DNA from: Lenisia limosa
Lineage: Eukaryota; Protista; Breviatea
Length of the DNA: 34,728 bases
Reading direction: 5' to 3'
Assembly: GCA_001655205.1 (NCBI GenBank)
Contig: LPNZ01011470.1
Location: 1 to 34,728, forward strand
Positions 23,037 through 34,500 of this stretch are shown in pieces (position 1 is the first letter of the stretch; each line of letters begins with the position of its first letter). Position numbers and translations under genes: made by a program. Below the pieces are notes generated by a model. The model searched no databases. It had not been told where the DNA came from and was given only the letters and a program-made list of their open reading frames with translations.

Positions 23037-23436
23037 TGTCCACATAATAGAAAGTTAGTGGAAAAAACGCTATTCTCTGAAAATCTTTGAAATTTATACC
23101 TCTAAACGGACTGTTTCTGAGGAGGCAAGGCCAAATTAAAGCAAACAAGCGAGGGAAATGAAAACAATCGCCCATCATCTTTCCACCCGATGGCCAAACT
23201 TTTCGACCTGTCAAAACAATCACTTTTGTTAGACCACTTCCTGGATTCAGCTATTGAGCAAGTGTATACCAATATTAGTTCCTATATTTGTTCTAATTCA
23301 TTAAAATATTTAATTATATACAAACAATATGGTCTTAAGTGACACACCGCTCATCATTGGATGAAAACCGCCTACCCACCCGGTGAGTGATGCTTTATCT
23401 CCAAACTCCGAAATTGATTTTCACCCCTTTTTTACT

Positions 23437-25322
23437 ATGGAAGCGAAGAATTGCAAATGCTGTACCTCATCAGCTCATGCTGAGCGCGAAGAGCTGGTGA
23501 AGAGCCTTATTCGTAATGTTCCCGACTTTCCTAAGCCAGGTAATTCACCTTTGTCGACTTTTTCAGTCTAATTAATGGCAGGAATCCAATTTAAGGACAT
23601 TACCACTCTCATTGCTGACCCTAAGGGACTCAAGGGTTTGTACAGCATGATGATTGTTTAGCTCCTCATTCCCTTAGAATCCATTGAGCTTATGGCCCAC
23701 AGCGTCAAGGACTTGAAGTTTGACTCCATCCTTGGTATGCTTTGGCAATGTTAGAAGATTGGTGAAGTATGTTGGAAGGCTGTTGGAAGCTGATGAAATT
23801 GGTATAACCGTCTAGGTATCGAAGCTCGCGGCTTTATCTTTGGAGCTGCTCTTGCCTTCCATTTGGGCGTTGGTTTTATCACCTGCAGGAAGCCATCAAA
23901 GCTCCCTGGTTTGTTGTGGATATTCAGCATAACTAAGCAAGAACTCTGTATCACAAAGTCGCACTATTGTTAGGTTTCTTCGCAATATCATTATGTGACT
24001 TACACTGACCTATTTCCTTGGGAAATTATAATTAATCAAGACTTATCCCGGTCACTGTATGTGTTACATAGTACATGTACAATTTTTTTTGACAGAGGTA
24101 ATCCCGTTTATTTAAAAGGCTTTAATTTTTGAGAATATCTTACACAACTCCTTTTATTCACAACTAATCACTTACCACTGTGCCTATTGAAAGGGGGGTT
24201 GAGGATAATTTTAATATGATAACAGCTACTTATGAGTTTGGCTGCGATATACGGCCTTCTCAAACTCAAAAATGCATAATGTAAAGGAGACCCTCCTTAT
24301 TATGTTTCTTCTCTTTCTCAAATCCCCCCCCCCCCCCCCCNNNNNNNNNNNNNNNNNNNNNNNNNNNNNNNNNNNNNNNNNNNNNNNNNNNNNNNNNNNN
24401 NNNNNNNNNNNNNNNNNNNNNNNNNNNNNNNNNNNNNNNNNNNNNNNNNNNGGACAAAATCGAGGTCCATAAGGGCATGATCAAGCCTGGTCCGGGGTGA
24501 TAGCCTGTATTGTAGCCAAATGAGTTGTCATATTTCCTATCCCCACCCTGGTTATTAACTACTTGCTATCCCCACCCTGGTTATTAACTACAACTCTCAT
24601 ATGTGTACAAGAGCTTGGTTTCAGATTTTGCTCCAAAAAAGAGTTTTATTTTTTCCGCTACACCCCCCTCCCTCCAATGGTTATGGCCAGAACAATTTCG
24701 TTCTTTTGCCCACGGGGGATGCGGTGCTGCAGGTGCAACTGGTCCGGTTTTGTTTGTTTTTGTTTTCAACCCTTGTGTGAATCCGAATGCTTAGCCAACA
24801 GAGTAGATTCTGGTTCCCCCTTCCCAATCAGTTTTCAACGTTAACCCCCAGGAGAGCGTGTTCTCCTGGTTGACGACCTCCTGGCTACCGGCGGCACCAT
24901 GGACGGCGCCGCACAACTTACCGGTTGGGACTGGGAATGGATTATCATCGTTTTTTTGTTTTGTTTTTTTGTATGTACATCATATATAGTAGTATATGAT
25001 ATTTAATATGATATAATATGAGAAAAACTATGTATATATTATGAATATTGTATTAACAACTAGTTTTTCAGTTGATTTTAGATTTATTTTCGCTACACAG
25101 TTTGTTGTTCTTTTCAACCCGTGTGTTTCTCAAATGCTTACCAACATTTTTTTTCTTTATAGTTTCCTTTTCTTCCTCTTTCCCCCATTATTCATGCCCC
25201 CAGAGCTCTGTGGCGGAGTTGTGGCCGGATGCTGCTGTCTCGTGGAACTGCCGAAGCTTGGCGGCCGTAAGAAGCTCGAGAAGTACCCCGTTATTTCGGT
25301 GATCGACTTCGACTGTGAATAA
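23437..25322 (+). CDS. APRT: Adenine phosphoribosyltransferase
   Basis: [35 protein letters not shown] / [17 protein letters not shown] / [19 protein letters not shown] / [31 protein letters not shown] / gap / [12 protein letters not shown] / [24 protein letters not shown] / [42 protein letters not shown]. The PDFPKPGIxFKDIT, EARGF and PRPP-binding [10 protein letters not shown] motifs are diagnostic. Confidence 0.97.
24537..24591. repeat. Intronic direct repeat in APRT, 26 bp identical, period 29
   Basis: CTATCCCCACCCTGGTTATTAACTAC occurs at 24537 and 24566. Confidence 0.9.
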
Positions 25323-25583
25323 GTGTGTAGCCTTGTTTGTTTTCCGGTTCAATAGAGTGCCATATCGCCGCTTGCCAGTTTAGGTATTCCTGTTTTTGCA
25401 CATTACGGGGGGGGGGCGTGTAGAAGTATTAAAGGCTGTTACGATCCATTGTGCCTATTCTATTGCATTTTTCATCACACAGGTATTTTCATCGGATTAC
25501 GGTCTTCAACCCTGATGAACTGACAACGTCTATATGAAACAAGAAAGAGAAAGAAAATAAACCTACTACAACAATCCTTTAAG

Positions 25584-28500
25584 CTACCAAATTTTCAGTT
25601 CATTACGAAGTGTCTGGGAAATCAGGATGGAAGAACCCTTCCCTCTCGCCGTTGGCGGGAATAAAACAGCATAGCGTGGGAGTGATACTTTAAATGCCTA
25701 GTTTCATATGATAAGATTACCCAAACCTGTTGAGTGAAGGGCTTTGCTATGAAGCCGTCCATGCCACACGCTGTGCAGCGGATCTGGATCGTAACGGTTT
25801 GTTCAGCAAATCAAACGCACCCACCTTGTCAGCATCGGAAACGTGGGCGGTCACAGCGATGATCGGAAGATGCTCCCTGGAGAGGGGGTAAAACGAAGGA
25901 ATTTCGATAAAAAATGGTGGCGTAAAGGGACTAAGGGGGGGGGGGAGAGAAAACAAAGGTTGGTTTTAGTNNNNNNNNNNNNNNNNNNNNNNNNNNNNNN
26001 NNNNNNNNNNNNNNNNNNNNNNNNNNNNNNNNNNNNNNNNNNNNTGTCAGAGCAATAAAGAAATATTCAAGCATACCCTGTTGTTACTTCCATTTTCCTG
26101 ATTTCCTCTGTTGCCTCATAACCGTCCATGACAGGCATCTAGAGGGAAAATAGGTGACGCAAAACCTGTTTAGAGATAGAAAAACAGACGAGCTGAACAC
26201 TATGCCCCGTTGTAGGCCCACCTGGCAGTCCATAAGGACAAGAGTGTATCGTTGCAACTTGACTTTGTCCACGGCTATTTGGCCGTTTTTGGCAGTATCC
26301 GTGCGGACTCCGATCTTCTTTAGCATCGTAGTTAACACTGGGGGGAGGATCAGGATGGAAGAGGTTAAAGAATCGTCTGACCAAATGGAAGAAAAGAACC
26401 AACGCTCACATTTCATATTAAGCATATTGTCTTCTACGACAAGAACATAGTAGTCACCCCAGTTTGGCTCTTCAAGCTCAAATGCCGCTTTAAAAGTTAG
26501 TTCAGGAGTAAAGCTGCTTTTTAATTGGAGAGGATATCTCAAGTATTCAGAAGTTCAATTTAGTTTGTGCACACTAGAGACTTAGCGCTTACCTTGCAAT
26601 TCGACACATGACTTGGATTTGAGCTCAGTCGCTATATGCGACGTTGGGGAGCTTGGGACTGAGGTCCAGAGAGACTGTGAGGCTTGAAGCGCAACCGAAA
26701 CATCTGACGCAGTGTCGTCTACAGCCGCGGTCGCGACTGGGGCTGCATATATGAGGAGCATGGATCAGAGGTGGCAATATGAGGAGCATGGATCAGAGGT
26801 GGCTATATGAGGAGGAGTCAGCGGGTGGGGCTATGTTAGGGAATTATGGCAGATAACCCTATAACAAGCAAAGAAGATATGAAAGGTCATGATAACGATA
26901 ACCGACCGTCTAAGGATCGGAAGTCATCTTTCGCTCGTTCAAGAGCGTCAATGACAGTGGCAACGGAGGTGGCGGCCTTGTTGTCGGGGGTTTTGATGCT
27001 TGGTGTTTGCGGTATCGGGTTCTTTGGGGACACCACTGGTGCTGTTTGATAAAGCCATGACTAATATTAAGCCTATGATAGTTTATTATTTCAATCAAAG
27101 AAATCCCTTTGTATTGTATATTATTCCCTTTACCCATGATCATTTTCTCTCCTTGTACTCCCCCTCCCTCCTACATGCACGTGACTTGGAGTTGCAAGAT
27201 GATGATGTCGATGACAAGAACGGCTTAGTGCTGGATCGGCTCTGTCGGGGTGAAGGCGGCTTGCCCTTGGTGAAGGGTTCGCTTGGGAGACTGTGAGAGG
27301 GACGAATTTGGGGACTAGGGGGTAAGAGGAAGTGTGGGCTGAATAGGTCAAAAACTGGGGCTCATCAAAATATAAGGTGATAATTGTTTTGAACAAATAG
27401 TTAAAAATACAGACGGTGGAATTTTAACCTCAATGTTTGAAAAAATAGAGAAGCCATTTTTTCCAGAGAGTTATTAGTTTCCCAATTTTGACTTGGTTAA
27501 AACTGGGAAGTTATTTGGACAGTTTGTGAGTCAAGTAAACGAGTGAAAAGATTAACAAATAGTAACACCTCAAAACAAAGGCCTACTTTTCGAATGGGGG
27601 GCTGAGAGGAGTGACAGGGGAAAGGTCCTAAAGGGTTAAAATGAAAGGGAGAAAAGGAGCCATATCATATAAACTCATCGTTCCGTCTTTGGACCAAAAA
27701 CACGCACGGCGTTTCCCGACATTGTAATTTGTAACAATCACTCTGAATATAGTAGCCGTTTGTGGCCTACCTGGAGGGGGGTTCGCAAAGCCGTTGCAGC
27801 AAGGTTGGTATCGATGATGGGCAGTGTGCTCTACAAACAATAAGCGATATTACGAAATATATACATGTAAATAGGTGTACATTTTCTAAAAAATAACATT
27901 GAAATCAATTGTTATGCACCAGAACATCAAGCCATAACAAACTTATATTGAATTTGTGATTTCGTAAGATTCACGTATTTAGTCCTGCCTTATTTAGCCA
28001 AAATATTAAGGCTATTGAGCCTCTTTACGACGCTCAAAACCACCACCATCCGCGTCCCTTGAAATTGTTATGTGTCTGTATCTAGGATGCCTGATACATA
28101 TCATATAATTATGTAATACAGCTTCAATGAAGGAGGGGTGTTTTGAGTATTTTCAAGACTGTAAAACACTGTCATCCAACATAGTTGCTCTCTGAGATTG
28201 TATATCATGGTTGAACATGTACTTTCAATACTCGAATTGTCACAATGAACATATGATATGATGTATCTCTATATTTATGCAAATATACATGTATACATGT
28301 ATCTCTCGATATGTATAATACCTATCACATTTTATATTAATGGTATGTGGTAACAGTTTATGGTACTCATAGAGTGCATATCTGGGGGTGAAATAAAGTA
28401 GTATTTACATATTCATTGTTCAACTTTTTTCAATAATGCGCATCAGCCTCCGCCAACATAGTAGTTCGGAGCACTGGTACAGGAATGCGTGGTGGATGGC

Positions 28501-31500
28501 CTTGAGAAGTTCTTTGGAAGGGACTTTGTGAGTGCTTCCGAGGGGGTGTGTAGGGAGGTATGCAGAGTGACCTAGAGTGTGACCGAAAAGCCGATGTATA
28601 ATACATAGTATCATACATGAGTGTTATTATTTACTACTCCCTATCCAATAACATACCCATTCCAGCCTATACAAGAACAACAAATCATTTCAATAAGATC
28701 GAAAGGAAGAATCATCACTCCAAACATACAATGAAATTTGTGATGGAAAGCGGGCGGACTAATGTGTGGATATTGGTGGCTCTAAGCAGTCAGATTATGA
28801 ATAAATGACATCTAGATCTGAAGATCAAATATATAAAAAAAAACAAAAAAAACTTGTATTTGACATTGCTATGTTTTTGTATCCTGGAAGCCTACCGGGT
28901 AATCTCGTCGTCTTGCTCTGGTACTACACGGTCAGATGATGGAAGACTTGCACCGAAATAAAATATCGTTGAAACAGTATTGTTTTTGAGAGGAATGCAA
29001 ACCGTCAAGTACCCCACCCCTCAACCTTTTTCGTTAATCTGGCCGGCGAAGTGGTCAAGTTTAAAGCTATTAAAAATCATCTGTCCTGAGGCCAGATCAC
29101 CAATCTAGGGGGAGGGGGAATAAAATTGGAAAAAAAGCCCAAATCAACTCTGTNNNNNNNNNNNNNNNNNNNNNNNNNNNNNNNNNNNNNNNNNNNNNNN
29201 NNNNNNTCTTGCACTCATTACAACACGTAAACAAAGACCATTTAACAATCTACTAAATAGAATATAACACCATTCTTTTCATTGAATAGACATTTGTCCT
29301 CACCATTTCAGATACAGCAGAAGGAGCAACTGTTTTGATAAGAATAACGGATTGAGAAGCAGCAGACATGTTCACGTATCCTGCAAATGTTTGGTCAAAA
29401 GCTTTCCAATGATCTGAAAAGAAACATCGATAGTCAATGCACTGGCTAGGCGTGATTGTAGAGTAGATTTCATGTGAGAAGTAAATACGACAAGGTCAAC
29501 ACCCCGCGACAGTCAACGACACTGAAACATAATATTATATAATATTAATATAGTTATAATATATATGATATATTATATTACATACATAGCAGAGCCAACG
29601 TTACCTGGAATCTCAGGGGTGAAGTCTTCCTTTTCTGAGCGAATGGCTTCCAAAGCTGAAGCGATTAGCATATTGTAGCTTCCCTTCGGTTCGAAAAATA
29701 CCGGTAAAGTATCGATAATTATTGAGGATTTGTCGAAAAAATCAATCTTTTTCAAACCGAAGTGAATCCCTAATTGTAATGGTCCTATTCAAAGCAATCA
29801 CTTACCATTCTTTGTCAACATTGAGGGCATTGAGGAATGGGAGACTTCAACCATGGGCGAATGCTCAAATTGAGGTGTCATTTCAATGGGGGCTACAGTG
29901 TGATGCAACGCAAGGATGGACATCACTTTATGACGACATGTTTGTGCGATGTGAGTTGTATGGTGCAATTAAGAAGGAACAGAAACGATAGCGTGTTAAC
30001 ATTGTAACGTTTCCTACTAATTGGAGGGCGGTTACAGCAGAGGGCGAATTCCGGCGAGCTCGTGATGACTACTGAGAAGGGGTTGGTGTTGTGCAGCTGA
30101 ACAAACTCCAATTCTAAAGACAATAAGAGATTACTGGGAGAAAATACTGTGTTTGTCTTTGCCACATTCCTTTTATGGCCCTGGGGTTTTAAACAACAAA
30201 AAATACCTGATGATAAAAAAAAAACGTTATTATGATGACAGACAGATAAACTAAAGAAAAACAAGTGCAATATGAAAGGCCCACGATCGAGCGGTACAGG
30301 GGCTTCAAATACAGGTACTGCTCGGGGCGATCTTCATGGTTAGAGGAATATGGTTAGCTTTGCGGAAAAGCCAAATATGTAAGATGAACAACGGAACAAA
30401 GAGGGGAAATATGGAAAACACATCCAACAAAAAGAAAAAGAGAGGGGTCACTGGCAAATATTAAAGATATCCTGGATTCACTATACAACATCAGATGAGA
30501 ATGTCAGTCTATTCCCAATAACCCCCTTTACGTCGATGGTGTGGTTGTTTTCGATTGTGCATGTGACATGGGTTGCTAAAGAGTGATAAGAACGAATGCT
30601 TAAACCAAAAAAGTACAGCACATGTGCAATTATGGGGTAATGCAAAAAGGCAACACAATCAATATCAAGAGTCCCACTTACTATATTGAGAGGAGAAAGG
30701 ACCGTGACAACGGCTCCCAAACTCTCCAGCCAAGAGCCAAGAGTTGACCCAAGCGCTGCGGGGTCAAAGGAGAAGAAAGAGAAATCTGTGGACTACAGCT
30801 TCACACAGAATAGTGTTGGAATATAAGGGATTATACATGAAATATACATATCATATGTATGAATCTTATTTTCACAAGAAACAAGTTTGCCATTTGGATG
30901 TGATAAGGATATCAAAACAGCCTTCGCACCCGGGTGAACGGCCAAGGCGATGCGGAGTCCCGAGAACATGCCGGGGGTGAGGACAACTGATGGCGTGGAC
31001 TGAAGCTGGTTTGATATCCTGCAAGGGAGGTTATTTAGTAAATCACAAGACGTGGAAAAACGAGGGAAATGGTAAAGGCAGGTTGGTAAACCAAGTTATC
31101 CGAGCTGCAGTGTTAAATTAGGAACGGGTGTTTTTATTTCAACTCAAAATGCAAAAAGGAAAATGATGATTCTATATCTGTTCGGAGGTGATAGTAGTAG
31201 TAGGATGTGTTTTGGCGTTTTAAAAATTTAACCACTCTCAGCCCTGGCTGATATGGATTGTTTGACTTCGGCAATGGGTGATCTCCAGTTCTTTAGGGCT
31301 CAATTGATTGCAGTACATAAAGGTGGGCGCGTCAATCCGAAGCCTGAAGGCGAAGTNNNNNNNNNNNNNNNNNNNNNNNNNNNNNNNNNNNNNNNNNNNN
31401 NNNNNNNNNNNNNNNNNNNNNNNNNNNNNNNNNNNNNNNATTTGGTTTTATTAGGCGAAGGAAGTAGGGTCTGAGTCTTACCAAAACCCGAGATTTGTAA

Positions 31501-34500
31501 AAAGTAGCAAAACTCTGACGTCATTGTTATCCGTGACAAGTTTATTTTCTTAACCTGCTTTATTGTCTATACTATATAATTTGATAGAGTATAGTGGCTA
31601 CTTTCAACCCGTTGCTTGCCAGTTTTCTAACGATTTAGTTCCCTTCATTTCTCAGTCTCCACCGACTTCATCTCTTCCGAAGAGACGGAGAGCAGCTCTT
31701 AGAAGTACAGGTTGATCAACCAAGAACGTCAATCCTGGCCGAAGTCCCCAATTTCATTTCTTGATCTGAGGCGTGTCGCTCCAAAGGTTTCAAGCCTCTC
31801 AAAGTTGGCACTTGAATGAAAGTAAACTATATTTTGATGGGTTATAAATTCCACCATTTAACCTATTCTTCAATCTCTTTTTGGTCGCTTGTTCAGAAGT
31901 CTCTTTGGTGTGCGGCCTTGTGTTACCAGTGGAGGTTGCAACACTCACTGCTCGAGCAGGTATTCAAGAAGTGCTCTAGTATACGATTCATGTGGGTGAT
32001 TTATAATGAAACGAATGTTAATACTCCTTGGAAGTGTAGATTATTGTCAAACCTTGGACTAGGTCGACCCAGTCTCAGAATACTGCAGCCACTATACACA
32101 CAAAGAGTCGTACCTGTGGGGCACAGCGGGTGCTGGGACCAGTTGGGCAGAGAAGCGAAAAGTGCTGCCCTTGCCATGGGTGGACGTGAAGTTGCATGAG
32201 CCTNNNNNNNNNNNNNNNNNNNNNNNNNNNNNNNNNNNNNNNNNNNNNNNNNNNNNNNNNNNNNNNNNNNNNNNNNNNNNNNNNNNNNNNNNNNNNNNNN
32301 NNNNNNNNNNNNNNNNNNNNNNNNNNNNNNNNNNAGCCTTTCAATAATTGAATGTAGCCTGGAACCGCCTTACCTCCCATAGTAGTAGCCAGTTGGCGCA
32401 CGAGAGAGAGGCCTAATCCCATGCCTCCGTGGGAGCGTGTGTGTGTCGTGTCAACCTTTAGAAAATTAGGATAAATCCTGCTCAAAATATGTTAAAAAAA
32501 ACCGTAAAGAACAAAAGTGGTGGATCCCATTGCACCCACCTGGGAAAAAGCTCTGAAGAGTTTGCCCTTATCGATGTCTTTGATACCGCACCCCGTGTCG
32601 GTCACAGACCATCGGATTGCTGCACCCTGGCCCGTCATCATGTCCCCACTGTTGGCCTAAAAGGGGTGAAATCGGACTGATATCCAGATCACCAACAAAG
32701 GGAAATTTGCATGGGAGTGGTGAGAACACTCCAATAACAAACACGCATGATGGTTTTCGAAAGGAGGAAGAAAAAGAAATATTGACGAATGTTGCCACCC
32801 CTACCGTGGCTACTTCCGCGATGACAATGACGGCACCGGAAACAGTGAACTTCAGCGCGTTTGATAACAGGGCCTAATGGGTAAGGGAACGAATAGGTAC
32901 TATTATACAGCATTTTCAGATATCTAAAGAGCAATAACTAACCTTGATCATTTGAAGAATGCGACGGCGATCTCCAATCAATCTGAGGGGGGGGGGGGGN
33001 NNNNNNNNNNNNNNNNNNNNNNNNNNNNNNNNNNNNNNNNNNNNNNNNNNNNNNNNNNNNNNNNNNNNNNNNNNNNNNNNNNNNNNNNNNNNNNNNNNNN
33101 NNCATTACATCTATTATATCCAAAGATACCTGACAGGCACAGCAGGTGAACAAAGAGCGACAAGTTCCACTCCAGGCTGGCACATCGGGTACAAGTCAGA
33201 TACAGCCTGGTGGGTGGGAAAGGTGAGATAGTGTTTTGGAGGTTTGGGATATTTCAGCTTGATAGTCCAGCTGTTACGTTTCCGCTAAAATATCAACATC
33301 AACCAAAACCCTGTTTAGCAATGGGTAGTAGTGGAAAAAGTAAGGATTGTTAGTCTCAGTAGTGAACAACAGCCAATGTTACCCCACCTCGTCAAGCAGG
33401 GAAACGACGTTGAATGGCGAAGTTTGAAGTATCAGCTCTCCGGCCTCCAGCATCGTATAGTCAAGTACACTAAGTGGATGATGAGGAAGTTCTTTCGGTA
33501 AGTGGATGATGAGGAAGTTCTTTCGGTAAGTGGATGATGAGGAAGTTCTTGAACTGTACATATCCCTCCCCCTAAAAAACAATCTCAAAATTATTCAATA
33601 AATGTACCAGATAGTATTTGATCCTGCAAAGCCCTGGTTAACAGGCAATTACGATGAAAACACCCTGTGAACCTGTCGACAATACTGAGAAGGGCTTCGG
33701 ACGACTTGCCAATAACTTCCAAAAGGGGCGCGGTTTCCTAGGATGTTACGAAATATCAGAATATCTTAATAAAGTACAATATGTTACATGTAGATTATGT
33801 AGCCGAAATGCCAGTATGATATTACCTATTACCTGGGTTTCCTGGTTTTTGAGGAGCATTCTTGCACTGATAACATGATGAAGGGGCGTCCTAAGGAAAT
33901 TGTTAGCTTGGAAGGGGGGGGGGGTGAATATACTGCATTTGGAAGCTGATAGGCAAAGACCTTTCTGACAAAAGAAACTAAAAAAGGGAAAGAATTGCAT
34001 TTATTACAAGCCCGACCCCAACCTCAGCTCATGTGACATGTTCGCCAGGAACAGGCGTTTTGCCTCGGTGGCGCTAGCGGCTGTTTTCATCGCCTCATTC
34101 GCTGGGTTGTAACGGGGGGTACATATACGACGAGTGAAATTCAACAATAACAATAATTCTTACCAAGATTGGGGAATTAATGACACACACACAAAACACT
34201 ATTTCACTGTCGCACCCGGGGTGAATGTGGCATCACAATCACATCCATACCATTAGCAGCAAGGCTTCTTGAAGTGACGTCTCTGGTCATACCCGTGAAA
34301 AACCGTTCTCCGTTGCTACAATATAAAAAATGCCGCTGAGACAGGAACAAAGACCCAAAACACAGAAGGTGAAAAAAGAAGTAACAAAGAAGCAATATGT
34401 ATATTGGTAAAATATCTTTAGCATAATATTTGTCAAGAATTCGATCATTGAAGCCCATCACAACCCCTTGTACATGAAGAACTCGGATACGGCCAGGTCG

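Noticed and set aside
26846-27296. Plus-strand ORFs (MADNPITSK..., MVFAVSGSL...)
   Set aside because: They are antisense to Ser/Pro-rich exons of the histidine kinase and have no independent splice or homology support.
31690-31730. Apparent 23-30 nt micro-introns in the kinase linker (here and near 27740-27770)
   Set aside because: They depend on uncertain hand-chosen frames in low-complexity coding sequence and cannot be supported without RNA-seq.
33471-33550. 28-bp repeats here and at 26749 as a possible CRISPR array
   Set aside because: The copies are directly adjacent with no spacers, lie in spliceosomal introns, and no cas genes are present.
30924-34225. Shared near-palindrome TCGCACCCGGG(G)TGAA at about 30925 and 34210
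   Set aside because: One copy spans an exon/donor junction and the other is mid-intron. It is too short and too rare to distinguish from chance.
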